Shown: positions 8,684 through 19,352 of the stretch, piece after piece
Layout: every line of letters begins with the position of its first letter
Position numbering within the stretch: the first letter of the stretch is position 1
DNA from: Candidatus Multivoradales bacterium
GTDB taxonomy: Bacteria > Acidobacteriota > Thermoanaerobaculia > Multivoradales > JAHEKO01
Length of the DNA: 64,000 nt
Direction: 5' to 3'
Assembly (NCBI GenBank): GCA_965223155.1
Contig: CBDCVR010000014.1
Location: 1,216,001 to 1,280,000, forward strand
Notes under the pieces: model-generated
The model's input: only the letters and a program-made list of their open reading frames with translations
Told to the model about the DNA's origin: nothing
Database searches by the model: none
Made by a program: the position numbers and the translations under genes

Positions 8684-9727
8684 ATGTCCACCCCCCAACT
8701 CGCCCCGCAGGACCCCAACCCGCAGCTCGCGTACACCCCGGAGGTGGCCGCCGCCACGGCCGCGGTCCGGGAGCGTCTCGAGGGAGTGCTGCCGGCCATG
8801 GAATGGCCGGTGCACGCGCCGCTCATCGCCGCCATCAACCGGCTCAAGGTCGAGCGCAACGCCGTCGTCCTCGCCCACAACTACCAAACGCCGGAGATCT
8901 TCCACGGTGTCGCCGACCTCTCCGGCGACTCGCTGGCGCTCGCGCGCCAGGCGGCCACGACCGACGCCGACGTGATCGTCCTCTGCGGCGTCCACTTCAT
9001 GGCCGAGACCGCCAAGATCCTCAACCCGGACAAAACCGTTCTCATCCCCGACTTGGAGGCCGGCTGCTCGCTCGCCGATTCGATCACCGCCAGCGACATT
9101 CGCCTCCTCCGCCAGCGCTATCCCGGCATCCCGGTCGTGACCTACGTCAACACCTCCGCCGAGGTCAAAGCGGAGTCGGACATCTGCTGCACTTCGGCCA
9201 ACGCCGTCGAGGTGGTCGAATCGCTCGGTTCGGAGCGCGTCATCTTCTTGCCCGACGAGTACCTCGGTCGCTGGGTCGCCAGCCAGACCGACGTCGAGAT
9301 CATCCTCTGGCACGGCCACTGCGAGGTCCACGAGCGCTTCACCGGCGACCAGCTCCGCGCCTACCGCGGCAATCTCGAAGGAGTCCAGATCCTGGCCCAT
9401 CCCGAATGCCCGCCGGACGTCCTCGCCGAGGCCGACTACGTAGGCTCGACCTCGGGCATGATCCAACACGTCGGCGCCACCCGACCGGCCCGCGTCGTCA
9501 TGATCACCGAGTGCTCGATGAGCGACAACGTCGCGGTGCACTACCCGGACGTCGAGTTCGTGCGCCCGTGCGCGCTCTGCCCGCACATGAAGCGGATCAC
9601 CTTGCCCAAGATCCTGAGCGCGCTCGAGACCCTGCGGCACGAGGTCCAGGTCGATCCGGCCGTCGCCGACGGCGCCCGCCGCGCGGTCGAGCGCATGCTC
9701 GCCGTGGGCCGCGGACCCGCGCGATGA
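8684..9727 (+). CDS. nadA: Quinolinate synthase A
   Basis: [59 protein letters not shown]. Confidence 0.97.
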   Translation: MSTPQLAPQDPNPQLAYTPEVAAATAAVRERLEGVLPAMEWPVHAPLIAAINRLKVERNAVVLAHNYQTPEIFHGVADLSGDSLALARQAATTDADVIVLCGVHFMAETAKILNPDKTVLIPDLEAGCSLADSITASDIRLLRQRYPGIPVVTYVNTSAEVKAESDICCTSANAVEVVESLGSERVIFLPDEYLGRWVASQTDVEIILWHGHCEVHERFTGDQLRAYRGNLEGVQILAHPECPPDVLAEADYVGSTSGMIQHVGATRPARVVMITECSMSDNVAVHYPDVEFVRPCALCPHMKRITLPKILSALETLRHEVQVDPAVADGARRAVERMLAVGRGPAR

Positions 9728-11361
9728 CTCGCGCCGCCCGAGACCGGCCGCGACAATCGCCCGACGCGGTCGAGGTGGTCGATCTGGTGGTCGTGGGCGC
9801 CGGCGTCGCCGGGCTCTCGGCCGCCCTCGCCAGTCCCGATCTCGAAGTCCGGCTCATCACCCGCGGCGAGCTGGGCCGCTCGGGAGCGAGTCCACTCGCC
9901 AAGGGAGGCATCGCCGCGGCGGTTGGAGCCGGCGACAGCCCCCTCGACCACGCCGCTGACACCGAAGCCGCCGCCGCCGGCCTGGCCGACCCGGAGATCG
10001 TGCGCCTTCTGACCCGGGAAGGTCCGACCGAGATCGCACGGCTCTTGACCCTGGGCGCGCGCTTCGACCGCGATCCGGAGGGCCGTCTAGCGCTGGGCCG
10101 CGAAGCGGCCCACGGCCGCCACCGAATCCTCCACGCCGGCGGCGACGCGACCGGCGCCGAGGTAGTCCGCGCTCTGGTGGCCGCCGCACGCGCCCGAACC
10201 GGACTCGAAGTCGAAGAACGCACCGAGGTTCTCGACCTGGTGATCGAGCACGGCCGGGTCGCCGGGGTCGCCACGCGCTCCGAGGACGGGCGCATCAAGC
10301 TTCTGCTGAGCCACGCCACCGTCCTTGCCACCGGCGGCCTAGGCGCCGCCCACGCACGCACCACGAATCCCCCGGAATCGATCGGCGAGGGCCTGGCGAT
10401 GGCGGCGCGCGCCGGCGCGCGCCTGGCCGATCTCGAGTTCGTCCAGTTCCACCCCACCGCCCTCGACGTCGGAGCCGATCCCATGCCGCTTCTGACCGAG
10501 GCCCTGCGCGGCGCCGGGGCGACGCTGGTGGACGACGCCGGCCGGCGCTTCCTCAAAGAGGTTCATCCGTCGGCCGAGCTGGCCCCGCGGGACGTCGTCA
10601 CCCGGGGAATCTGGCGGTTGCACCAGGACGGCGGCCGCGCCTATCTCGACGCCACGTCCCTCGGAACCGAGCTCTTCGAGCGCTACCCGGCGGCCGCAGC
10701 GGCCTGCCGCGCCCACGGCCTGGATCTCGGCGCGGCTCCCGTCCCGGTCTCGCCGGCGGCTCACTACCACATGGGCGGCATCGCGGTGGACTCCCGCGGC
10801 CGCTCGTCTCTGGCCGGACTCTGGGCCTGCGGCGAGGTGGCACGTACCGGGGCTCACGGCGCCAACCGGCTGGCCAGCAACTCGCTCCTGGAAGGACTGG
10901 TCTTCGGCGCGCGAGTGGGTGCGGACATCGCCCGGCGGGTCGCGGACTTGGGCCCGAGGCCGGTGCGCGTCGAAACGGTCGAAGACGCCGCCAACCAGAT
11001 CCCGGCCGAGCGGGCCGTTGAGCTTCGGGCCGCAATCCGCCGCACGCTCTGGAACGACGTTGGCGTCGTGCGCGACCGCGACGGCCTGGAGCGCGCCGCC
11101 AGGCTCTTCAAGGAGCTCGAGCGCTCCGATTCCGGACGGCACCGCTCGATCCGCAATCTGGTCACCGTTGCCCAGCTGGTCACGGCCGCCGCCCTGGCCC
11201 GCGAGGAGAGCCGCGGCGGCCACTTCCGAACCGATTTCCCCAACCCCGATCCGCGCCATCGAGTCAGTCTCTCCCTGCGTCTGGATCCGGCCTCCGGCGC
11301 CCTCGCGATCGAGCGAATTCCCATCCGTTCGACTCCGACCCATAGGAAGACCGCATCATGA
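9724..11361 (+). CDS. nadB: L-aspartate oxidase
   Basis: ATGA overlap with nad[52 protein letters not shown]. Confidence 0.95.
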   Translation: MTRAARDRPRQSPDAVEVVDLVVVGAGVAGLSAALASPDLEVRLITRGELGRSGASPLAKGGIAAAVGAGDSPLDHAADTEAAAAGLADPEIVRLLTREGPTEIARLLTLGARFDRDPEGRLALGREAAHGRHRILHAGGDATGAEVVRALVAAARARTGLEVEERTEVLDLVIEHGRVAGVATRSEDGRIKLLLSHATVLATGGLGAAHARTTNPPESIGEGLAMAARAGARLADLEFVQFHPTALDVGADPMPLLTEALRGAGATLVDDAGRRFLKEVHPSAELAPRDVVTRGIWRLHQDGGRAYLDATSLGTELFERYPAAAAACRAHGLDLGAAPVPVSPAAHYHMGGIAVDSRGRSSLAGLWACGEVARTGAHGANRLASNSLLEGLVFGARVGADIARRVADLGPRPVRVETVEDAANQIPAERAVELRAAIRRTLWNDVGVVRDRDGLERAARLFKELERSDSGRHRSIRNLVTVAQLVTAAALAREESRGGHFRTDFPNPDPRHRVSLSLRLDPASGALAIERIPIRSTPTHRKTAS

Positions 11362-12215
11362 CCGCCGACCTCTCGCTCGATCCCGTCCACTACCGGGAGC
11401 TGGTACGCCGCGAGCTGGCCGCCGACTTGGGCCAGGCCGGCGATCGAACCACCGACTCGATCGTGCCGGCCGATATCGTGGCCTCGGCAACCGTCGTCGC
11501 CCGGAGCCCCGGCCGGCTCTGCGGCCTCGAGGTTGCCCTCGAGGCCTTTCGCTTGCTCGACCCCGAGACGGCCTGCGAGCGCCTCCACGCCGACGGAGAC
11601 GACGTCGAGGCCGGCGCGGCGCTGGCTCGCGTTTCGGGCAGGGCGCGGAGCCTGCTCACGGCCGAGCGCACCGCCCTCAACTTCTTGGGACATCTGGCGG
11701 GCATCGCCACCTCCACCCGCGAGCTGGTGGGCCGCATCGAGGGCACCAAGGCCCGGGTGGCCGACACCCGCAAGACCACGCCGGGCCTGCGCGCGCTCGA
11801 GAAGCACGCGGTCCGGGCCGGCGGTGGCGTCAACCACCGCTTCGGCCTCTACGACGCCGTCCTCATCAAGGACAACCATCGGGAGATCGCCGGCGGCGTC
11901 GGCGCCGCCATCCGCGCCGCCCGCTCGACCCTGGGCCACATGGTCAAGCTGGAAGTCGAGGTGGATACGCTAGACCAGCTCGCCGAGGCGCTCGCCGAAG
12001 GGGTCGATGCCGTGCTGCTCGACAACTTCTCGCCCGCCGATCTGCGGCGGGCGGTGGCGGCGATCGACGGACGAGCCTTGGCAGAAGCCTCCGGCGGCAT
12101 CGGGCCCGAGACCATCCGCGCCGTAGCCGAGACCGGCGTCGACCTCATCTCGGTCGGCTGGATCACCCATAGCGCGCCCGCTCTGGACGTGGCTCTCGAC
12201 TTCGAGAGCCGCTAG
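11358..12215 (+). CDS. nadC: Nicotinate-nucleotide pyrophosphorylase (carboxylating)
   Basis: ERTALNFL, DTRKTTPGLR, NHRFGL, IKDNH, EVEVD, LLDNF, EASGGI. Confidence 0.97.
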   Translation: MTADLSLDPVHYRELVRRELAADLGQAGDRTTDSIVPADIVASATVVARSPGRLCGLEVALEAFRLLDPETACERLHADGDDVEAGAALARVSGRARSLLTAERTALNFLGHLAGIATSTRELVGRIEGTKARVADTRKTTPGLRALEKHAVRAGGGVNHRFGLYDAVLIKDNHREIAGGVGAAIRAARSTLGHMVKLEVEVDTLDQLAEALAEGVDAVLLDNFSPADLRRAVAAIDGRALAEASGGIGPETIRAVAETGVDLISVGWITHSAPALDVALDFESR

Positions 12216-14377
12216 TTCCGCCAGGCCACGGTCAGCGCCAGCGAGCGCTCGGTGGCCAGCGGCACGCGCCGGTCGGCGGAGTTGAAATAGGACTCGTCCA
12301 GGAGGTTCGAGCCCCGAAGGCTGACGGTCAGGCCTTCGGCGGCGGCATAGGCCACCGAGCCGGTGACCACGTTGGCCGCCGGAATCGCCTTCTCACCGCT
12401 GCCCGGATCCGACTTGGCGAACCGCCGCTCGAAGCGTGTTCGCCAGCTCCACCTGCCGCGCGTCTGGCTCCAGCCTAGATGCACCCGGTCGGAGGGCACG
12501 TCGGCAAGGGCCGCGCCGCCTTCGGCCTTTCCCGAGATCCGATGGCCACCGAAACTCAGGGAGGCGGCGCTCGAGACACGCCAGGCGCCGTCGAGCTCGA
12601 CTCCCTCGATCCGTCCCGAGCGCAGGTTGACAAAGGTGAGCTCGCCGGACGCCACCTCGACGCGCTCGATGTAGTCGTCGATCTCGTTCCGGAAAGCCGC
12701 CGCGCTCAGGTAGAGCTCGCGTCCGAACCAGCGCAGGCCAAGGTCGGTGTTCAGGGAACGCTCCGGATCGAGTCCCGGGTTGCCGGCCACGAATCCGCGC
12801 CCCGTGGTGCCCTCGAAATACCGTTCCGAGAGCGACGGGAAGCGGAGACCCGTACCCGCGTTGGCGGCCAGCTCGAAGCCGCTGCCGAGAGGAACGACCA
12901 GGCCCGCGAAGGCGCTCGCCGCCGTATCGGAGGTGTCGGCGGCGCCGGCATTGCCTTGACGCTGGTGAGCGAGGCGGCCGCCGGTCACCAGCTCGACCCG
13001 CCCGCTCGAGCCCAGATCGCGCTCGAAGGCGGCGTAGAGACCCAGCTCCTTTTCGTTGGCGCCCGACAGGGTCTCCTGCTCCAGCAGCAACCGTCCGGAC
13101 GGGTCCCGACCGGTCTCGCGCGCGGTCACCCCGGTGCGAGCGTAGAGATCGCCGCCCCAGCGCGCCTCCCACGGCCCCAGCTCGCTTCGTTTCTGGACGT
13201 TGATACCCCAGTCCAGAGCTTCGTTCGAGATCCGGCTGACGCTGGTCCCGGCCTCGCCGGCGTCCTCGACCCGCGTCTCCAGCGTGTTGGGATGCGCCCA
13301 GGCTTCGAGCTTCCAGCCGCCTACGCCCCGGGCGGCAAAGCGCACCAGGCCATGCTCCTCCGAAGGGTAGACCGTGACCCGTGCGGGAGCATCGGTGCTG
13401 GCCTTGCCGATGTCTTTCCCCACCGAGGCGAGCGCCAGCAGCTCGAAGACGACGCCTTCCCGGCGCCAGCTTCGAGCAAACGAAGCCGACGATTGCTCGA
13501 ACCCCGACACTAACCGCTCGCCGCTCGGCGTTTCGGCATCCGAGGCTCGGCGCACCGCCAGCCCGACGCTCCAGGCGGCCTCGGAGGCGGCGTCGGCTCC
13601 CCGGCCCGGCGCCCCCCAGCCGAGGGTCGTAAAGGCCTCGCTGCCGGCGGTCGCGAAACCGCTCTCGACCGACAGCTCCTCGAAGCGGCGGGGAACGAGC
13701 TGCACGACGCCGCCCAGGGCGCCGGAGCCCCAGAAAGTGGAGGAGGGCCCCCGAACCACCTCGACCGAGTCGAGAAGCAGCGGGTCGAGGAAGGACGCCG
13801 ACACTCCCGCCCGGCGCTCGCTGGTGATCCGCATGCCCTCGACCAGGGTCAGCACCCGCTGGCGCGAAACGCCGCGCACCGAATAGGTCTGAAACAGGCC
13901 GCCCTGGCCGTTCTGGGAAACCGCCGGGGCCTGGCTCACCAGATCTCCGACCACGCTCGGCAGCGTCGCGATCTCTCCCGGCTCGATCACCGAGGTCGCA
14001 ACGCTGATCGGCGCGAAGCGCTCGCCGCCTCGCGAGGCCGACACCGCGACGGTCTCGAAGACCTCCTGCTTGGGCCGGAGCTCAATGGCGAGCGGCACGC
14101 CGTCGCCGGCAGCGACCTCCCGCTCGACCTCCAGGAAGCGAGGGTGCGTCGCCACCAGCGAGAGCGGCGGATCGAGCTCCAGCAGGAATCGTCCGGCGCC
14201 GTCGGTGTGGGTCGCTACCTCCGTGCCGTCCGCGTCCGGCGCCGCGATCCGCACGTGCTCGATCGGCTCCCCGGACACGGTCGCGACCCGGCCGCGCACC
14301 TCGGCCCGGGCAGACGCCGGCAAGAGCGCCGCCACGGCGATGCCGCAGAGCAGCCAAACCTGATTCCTGGATTCCAT
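12212..14377 (-). CDS. TonB-dependent receptor
   Basis: Signal peptide from ATG 14377, plug motif VEVVRGPSS..WGSGALGGVV, RFPSLSERY, L.PERS, NLLDESY. Confidence 0.9.
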   Translation of the reverse strand: MESRNQVWLLCGIAVAALLPASARAEVRGRVATVSGEPIEHVRIAAPDADGTEVATHTDGAGRFLLELDPPLSLVATHPRFLEVEREVAAGDGVPLAIELRPKQEVFETVAVSASRGGERFAPISVATSVIEPGEIATLPSVVGDLVSQAPAVSQNGQGGLFQTYSVRGVSRQRVLTLVEGMRITSERRAGVSASFLDPLLLDSVEVVRGPSSTFWGSGALGGVVQLVPRRFEELSVESGFATAGSEAFTTLGWGAPGRGADAASEAAWSVGLAVRRASDAETPSGERLVSGFEQSSASFARSWRREGVVFELLALASVGKDIGKASTDAPARVTVYPSEEHGLVRFAARGVGGWKLEAWAHPNTLETRVEDAGEAGTSVSRISNEALDWGINVQKRSELGPWEARWGGDLYARTGVTARETGRDPSGRLLLEQETLSGANEKELGLYAAFERDLGSSGRVELVTGGRLAHQRQGNAGAADTSDTAASAFAGLVVPLGSGFELAANAGTGLRFPSLSERYFEGTTGRGFVAGNPGLDPERSLNTDLGLRWFGRELYLSAAAFRNEIDDYIERVEVASGELTFVNLRSGRIEGVELDGAWRVSSAASLSFGGHRISGKAEGGAALADVPSDRVHLGWSQTRGRWSWRTRFERRFAKSDPGSGEKAIPAANVVTGSVAYAAAEGLTVSLRGSNLLDESYFNSADRRVPLATERSLALTVAWRN

Positions 14378-14475
14378 CTCGAGTCGCTCCCTGCTGCCAA
14401 CAGCGGATCCGGACGCCGATGCTTCGGGCAGGCGCAGTACAATCTCACACCCCGGCGCCTCCTCCAATTCGGTCC

Positions 14476-15420
14476 ATGCAGCCATCGATCCAACTCCTCG
14501 ACCTCGGCAAACGGTACGGGGATTTCCGTGCCGTGGATGGCCTGTCTCTGGACGTCCCGAGCGGCCGGATCTTCGGCCTGCTGGGTCCCAACGGCGCCGG
14601 CAAGACCACCACGATCCGGATGCTTATGGACATCATCGCCCCGGATACGGGGAGCGTGAGGTTCTTCGGCCGCGAGCGCACGCGCGCGGACCTGACGCGC
14701 GTCGGCTACCTGCCCGAAGAGCGCGGCCTATACCGCAAGATGACCGTCACCGACCAGCTCGTTTTTCTGGGCGAGCTCCACGGCATGAGCCGCAAGGCCT
14801 GCCTGCCCGAGGTCGCGCGCTGGCTCGACCGGGTCGAGCTCGCCCACACCGCCAAGCAGAAGGTCGAGGAGCTTTCCAAGGGCATGCAGCAGAAGATCCA
14901 GCTCGTCGGCACCCTGCTCCACGATCCCGAGATCGTGGTTCTGGACGAACCCTTCTCAGGGCTCGACCCCATCAACCAAGGCCTCTTCAAAGACGTGCTG
15001 GCCGAGTACCGAAGCCGCGACAAGACCATCCTGTTCTCGACCCACGTCATGGAGCAGGCCGAGAAGCTGTGCGATGCGATCGCCCTCATCTCGCGCGGCA
15101 AGGTAGTCCTGGCTGGAGCGCTCGATGAGATCAAGCATCATTACGGGGGCCTCTCCTACCGAGTCGCGGCCCGCGGCGACCTGGGTGCCGTCTCCGAGAT
15201 CGAAGGTCTCGAGTCCCACCAACTCCACGACGGCTTCGCGCGGCTCATCCTCCATCCCGAGGCCGATCCGGCGGCGGTGCTCAGGGCCCTGACCGAAAGG
15301 CTCGACGTCACCGAGTTCCGCTCTGAAGCCCCCGAGCTCGGGGAGATCTTCATCGCCGCCGTCGGCGCCGCCGAGGCCGCCGTGGCAGAAGAGCCAGAAA
15401 ACCGGGAGAGCGCGGCATGA
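14476..15420 (+). CDS. ABC-2 type transporter ATP-binding protein
   Basis: GPNGAGKTT, GYLPEERGLY, LSKGMQQK, LDEPFSGLDP. Confidence 0.95.
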   Translation: MQPSIQLLDLGKRYGDFRAVDGLSLDVPSGRIFGLLGPNGAGKTTTIRMLMDIIAPDTGSVRFFGRERTRADLTRVGYLPEERGLYRKMTVTDQLVFLGELHGMSRKACLPEVARWLDRVELAHTAKQKVEELSKGMQQKIQLVGTLLHDPEIVVLDEPFSGLDPINQGLFKDVLAEYRSRDKTILFSTHVMEQAEKLCDAIALISRGKVVLAGALDEIKHHYGGLSYRVAARGDLGAVSEIEGLESHQLHDGFARLILHPEADPAAVLRALTERLDVTEFRSEAPELGEIFIAAVGAAEAAVAEEPENRESAA

Positions 15421-16691
15421 ACGGCACCGCGATCATCGCCAAACGCGAGTACCGGGCCCGGATCCGGAGCAAGGGCTTCTGGATCTCGACCGTGGCCTTG
15501 CCGGTGATGATGGCGGCCTGGCTGGTCCTGCCCAGCCTGGTGCTTTCCAAGGCGCGCGGAGCCCAGCGTTTGGCGGTGGTGGACCTGACCGGCGAAGTCG
15601 GGCCGGACCTCGAAGCCGAGCTCGGCGGGCTCTCCCGCGAGGCCGAGGAACAGATCGCCTTCGACGTGCGCCACGAGGCGCCGTCCGGCGATCCCGCGGA
15701 GCTTCGGTCTCGGCTGGACGGCCAGATCCTGGCCGGCGAGATCGACGCTTGGCTCTGGATCGACCAGCAGGCGATCGACGACGGCATAGCCGAATACCAC
15801 GCCCAGAGCGTCTCGAATCTCATCACGCAGCGCCTTCTCGAGCGCGCCCTGTCTCGCACCGCCCGGCGCGTCCGCATTCGCCAGGCCGGCATGGACCCGG
15901 ACACGGTCGAGGCCCTGAGCCGGTCCATGGATCTCGACACCGTGCGGGTGAGCTCCGAGGGCGCCAAGAAGGAGCGCGGCTTAGGCGGCTTCGCCCTGGC
16001 CATCGGTCTTTTCATGACGCTCTACATGACGACGCTGATCTACGGCCAGCAGGTAATGCTCGGCGTCCTGGACGAGAAGAGCTCACGGGTGGTCGAGGTC
16101 GTCGTCTCCTCGGTCAGGCCGATCGAGCTGCTGGCGGGCAAGCTTCTCGGTGTCGGCCTGATCGGCCTTACTCAGCTTGGAATCTGGCTGGCCACGGCGA
16201 TCGCGCTTACCGCGCCCGGGCTCGTAGCCGCGGCCTCGGTTCTGAACGGAGGCGCGGGCCTGCCCAGGATCACGCTGCCGATCGCGATCCACTTCGTGCT
16301 GCTCTTTCTCCTGGGCTACTTTCTCTACGCCTCGTTCTACGCCATGGTCGGCTCGGCCTTCAACAATCCCCAGGAGGCCCAGCAGCTCGCGAGCCTCGCC
16401 GTCGTCTTCATCGTACTGCCCTGGATCTTCTTCATGCCCATCTTGAACGACCCCGACTCGACCCTCGCGGTCGTAACCTCGCTCATCCCGCCCTTTACGC
16501 CGTCGCTCATGATGCTGCGGATCGCCACCAAGATGCCGCCCACCTGGCAGATCCTGCTGGGCTACGTGCTTACGGCGGCGGCCTGCGTCGTTTCGCTTTG
16601 GATCTCGGCGCGCGTCTACCGTATCGGGATCCTCATGTACGGCAAGAAGCCCACGTTCCGCGAGATCTGGCGCTGGATGCGCTACGCCTAG
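15417..16691 (+). CDS. ABC-2 type permease (NatB/YhaP-like)
   Basis: ATGA overlap, IAKREY, EKSSRVVE, AGKLLGV, RVYRIGILMYGKKP. Confidence 0.92.
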   Translation: MNGTAIIAKREYRARIRSKGFWISTVALPVMMAAWLVLPSLVLSKARGAQRLAVVDLTGEVGPDLEAELGGLSREAEEQIAFDVRHEAPSGDPAELRSRLDGQILAGEIDAWLWIDQQAIDDGIAEYHAQSVSNLITQRLLERALSRTARRVRIRQAGMDPDTVEALSRSMDLDTVRVSSEGAKKERGLGGFALAIGLFMTLYMTTLIYGQQVMLGVLDEKSSRVVEVVVSSVRPIELLAGKLLGVGLIGLTQLGIWLATAIALTAPGLVAAASVLNGGAGLPRITLPIAIHFVLLFLLGYFLYASFYAMVGSAFNNPQEAQQLASLAVVFIVLPWIFFMPILNDPDSTLAVVTSLIPPFTPSLMMLRIATKMPPTWQILLGYVLTAAACVVSLWISARVYRIGILMYGKKPTFREIWRWMRYA

Positions 16692-16798
16692 CCGACGTTT
16701 CTCGCCGGGGCCGCCACCGCTTGCCACCGGGTTCGCCCGGATTACCGGGGTAGAATCCCGCCAGTTCTCGAAACCGGTCTTCGGAAGGAGCCGCCAGC

Positions 16799-18385
16799 GT
16801 GCAATTCGTCAGCTTCCTGGGTCTTCTCGCACTTCTCCTCCTGGCCTGGGCGCTCTCCGAGCATCGCAGCCGGGTCAACTACCGCACCGTCGCGTGGGGC
16901 CTGGGGATCCAGTTTCTCTTCGCCGTCATCATCCTGCGCGAGGACATCTGGAGCTTCGTCGGCATGGCGGTACTGGCTGCGCTGATCGCCACCTACGCGC
17001 TGAGCCGCGACGGCAACGCCGGCTGGCCGCGGGTAGCGGCCAAGATCCTGGCCCTCGGCGCCGCCGCGGCGCTAGCCACCTGGCTCGCGCCCCAGGCCCT
17101 GGGCTGGTTGCTGCTGGCGATCGTCGCCGCGCTCGTTGCCAACAGCCGCTTCGGCTTCGCCCGCCATCTGCAGCCGGCGCTGACCGGACTCCTGGTCGCG
17201 ACCGGGGTCGGTTATCTGGCCGTCCGGGGCTTGCACGGGCAACTCATCTTCACGCGCTTCGGCGCCCAAGTTTCCGAGTTTCTGAACCTGTCCGACTACG
17301 GCGCCCGCTTTCTCTTCGGCAAGCTCACCGACGTCGAGAACTTCGGGTTCCTGTTCGCCTTCAAGGTCCTGCCGCCGATCATCTTCTTTGGCGGCATCAT
17401 GTCGGTCCTCTACTACCTGGGCGTCATCCAGAAGGTCATCGAATCGATCGCCCACTTCATGCGCTGGACCCTGGGCACCAGCGGCGCCGAGACCCTGTCC
17501 TGTTCGGCCAACATCTTCGTCGGCCAGACCGAGGCCCCGCTCCTGATCCGCCCCTTCCTGCCCAACATGACGAATTCGGAGCTCCTGACCATCATGGTCG
17601 GCGGCTTCGCAACGATCGCCGGTGGCGTCCTGGCCGGGTACATCGCCTTCGGCGTGCCGGCCGCGCACCTGGTCGCCGCCAGCGTCATGTCGGCGCCCGC
17701 GGCCCTGGTCATCGGCAAGATCATCTATCCCGAGACCGAGCACTCCGAAACCGCAGGTGACGCCAAGCTGCCGGACATCGACGCCGGCGACAACGTCATC
17801 GAGGCCGCCACCAACGGCATCGCCGACGGGCTCAAGCTCGCGGTCAACGTGGCGGCGATGCTCCTCGGCTTCATCGCCCTGATCGCGGTGCTCGACGTCA
17901 TCCTGAACTGGGCCGATTCTCTGATCGATGGCAAGCTGTTGGGCGGCGCCATCGTGACCTACTCGAGCGGCGGCCTGTCGCCGGTGACTCAGGAGTTTGC
18001 CGGCTACTTTCCGGGCTCGCTCCAGACGCTCTTCGGCAACCTCCTGAAGCCGCTGGCCTTCCTCATGGGCGTGCCCTGGTCCGACGCGGCCCAGGTGGGC
18101 AACCTGCTCGGCATCAAGCTCTCGCTCAACGAGTTCGTGGCCTACGGCCAGCTCGGCAACTACATCCGCGAGGGCGTGCTCTCCGAGCGCGGCCGGATCA
18201 TCGCCACCTACGCCCTGTGCGGCTTCGCCAACTTCTCGTCCATCGGCATCCAGATCGGCGGCCTGTCGGCCATCGCGCCCGACCGCCGAAGCGATCTCGC
18301 CAAGGTCGGGCTCAAGGCGATGCTCGGCGGCGCCATCGCCTCCTGGACGACGGCGACCATCGCCGGCATGCTGTTCACCGGCTGA
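16799..18385 (+). CDS. Concentrative nucleoside transporter (CNT, NupC family) with extra N-terminal TM insert
   Basis: ANIFVGQTEAPL, GFATIAGGVL, ASVMSAP, NEFVAY, CGFANFSSIGIQIGG. Confidence 0.93.
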   Translation: MQFVSFLGLLALLLLAWALSEHRSRVNYRTVAWGLGIQFLFAVIILREDIWSFVGMAVLAALIATYALSRDGNAGWPRVAAKILALGAAAALATWLAPQALGWLLLAIVAALVANSRFGFARHLQPALTGLLVATGVGYLAVRGLHGQLIFTRFGAQVSEFLNLSDYGARFLFGKLTDVENFGFLFAFKVLPPIIFFGGIMSVLYYLGVIQKVIESIAHFMRWTLGTSGAETLSCSANIFVGQTEAPLLIRPFLPNMTNSELLTIMVGGFATIAGGVLAGYIAFGVPAAHLVAASVMSAPAALVIGKIIYPETEHSETAGDAKLPDIDAGDNVIEAATNGIADGLKLAVNVAAMLLGFIALIAVLDVILNWADSLIDGKLLGGAIVTYSSGGLSPVTQEFAGYFPGSLQTLFGNLLKPLAFLMGVPWSDAAQVGNLLGIKLSLNEFVAYGQLGNYIREGVLSERGRIIATYALCGFANFSSIGIQIGGLSAIAPDRRSDLAKVGLKAMLGGAIASWTTATIAGMLFTG

Positions 18386-18399
18386 GCGAAGGCTCAGCC
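18380..18399 (+). terminator. Hairpin at the end of the CNT gene
   Basis: GGCTGAGC-GAAG-GCTCAGCC perfect 8-bp stem, without a U-tract. Confidence 0.5.
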
Positions 18400-18434
18400 T
18401 AGGTCCGACCGCGGACGGCGGTTGGAGACGGCCT

Positions 18435-18569
18435 CAAGGCCAACGCTTTCTCTAGGATGTCGCACTCCTAGCGTACCCGCGACAACTCTCCCTGCAGACG
18501 ACGAATCTCCTGCTCTTCGGTCGTCGGCGCACGACCCTCTTGACCTCCGGTGAGCTTCTTGCGCCAGCG
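18435..18569 (-). pseudogene. IS3-family OrfA remnant
   Basis: Manual translation RWRKKL...EEQEIRRLQGELSRVR*ECDILEKALAL resembles the IS3 OrfA leucine-zipper end and has an internal stop. Confidence 0.65.
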
Positions 18570-18600
18570 CCGGTCTTCTGGTCGCCATGGTGTGAGGGCC

Positions 18601-18735
18601 GTCTAACCCCTCGCTGCACCGGACACCGTCCCGCGTGCTCCCGAGCCGCGTGTAGACTCGAGGCAGTGGTAGGGTCCGGAAACGTAGTTCTCGTTAGCAT
18701 CGGAGGCGGTGTCGGTGAGCTCAAATCCGTTAGAT
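18601..18735 (+). mobile_element. Integron attC site 1
   Basis: R'' GTCTAAC, L'' GCTGCACC, L' GGTGAGC, R' GTTAGAT. 135-bp imperfect palindrome (GGACACCG/CGGTGTC arms). Confidence 0.85.
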
Positions 18736-18750
18736 GCCGGAGTTGAGGCG

Positions 18751-18990
18751 TTGAGCCCTACGATTTTCCGTGAAGGCCCCTTCAGGTTCTTCTTTTTTTC
18801 GCGGGAGGAGTCGCGGTTGCATGTCCATATCGCCTCATCAGATGGCGAGGCCAAGTTCTGGCTAGAACCAGAGGTCGAATTGGCAAAGAATTTCCGCCTG
18901 AGCGAAAAGGACATCCGTCGAGTCCGACAGCTTATACTTGAGCGTGAGAGCGAGATTCGAGATGCTTGGAACAGTCACTTCGGCAGCTGA
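18751..18990 (+). CDS. DUF4160 family protein (predicted toxin), cassette gene
   Basis: TTG start. MSPTIFREGPFRFFFFSREE..HVH...GEAKFWLEP...W..HF. Confidence 0.85.
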   Translation: MSPTIFREGPFRFFFFSREESRLHVHIASSDGEAKFWLEPEVELAKNFRLSEKDIRRVRQLILERESEIRDAWNSHFGS

Positions 18991-19219
18991 GGTCACCAAT
19001 ATTTCACGCCATGGGTTTTGGCTACTGCTAGACGACCGTGAGCTGTTTCTGGCCTTCGAGGAGTTTCCTTGGTTCAAAGGCGCACCGGTCGAAGCGATTC
19101 TCGAGGTTGAGAGGCCTCAACCGCATCATCTGTTCTGGCCAGCCCTCGACGTCGATCTCGCCGTCGACTCAATCGAACATCCGGAGCGCTATCCGCTAAA
19201 AGCGAAGCTCGGCATCTAG
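18962..19219 (+). CDS. DUF2442 family protein (predicted antitoxin), cassette gene
   Basis: EVTNIS.HGFWLL, FEEFPWF..A, LFWPALDVDL, HPERYPL. Stop codon lies inside the attC2 R'' box. Confidence 0.85.
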   Translation: MLGTVTSAAEVTNISRHGFWLLLDDRELFLAFEEFPWFKGAPVEAILEVERPQPHHLFWPALDVDLAVDSIEHPERYPLKAKLGI

Positions 19220-19349
19220 CCAATCGCTGCACCGAACACCGCCCCTCACTTCGCTACACCGGGTGTAGGCTTCAGGTCAGTCGTTAGCTTCAACGAGTAG
19301 TTCTCGTTAGCGCAGGAGGCGGTGTCGGTGAGCTCAAGATCCATTAGCT
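19214..19349 (+). mobile_element. Integron attC site 2 (core boxes mutated)
   Basis: ATCTAGC...GCTGCACC...GGTGAGC...ATTAGCT. Shares GTAGTTCTCGTTAGC and GGAGGCGGTGTCGGTGAGCTCAA with attC1. Confidence 0.75.
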
Positions 19350-19352
19350 GGC

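Noticed and set aside
8803-9723. Extension of nadB to 852 aa
   Set aside because: Arg-rich off-frame read of nadA; an ATGA coupling at 9724 marks the start.
18601-19349. Two long similar repeats as a CRISPR array or ncRNA duplication
   Set aside because: Only two ~135-bp copies around genes, with attC boxes; no repeat-spacer periodicity and no cas genes in the window.
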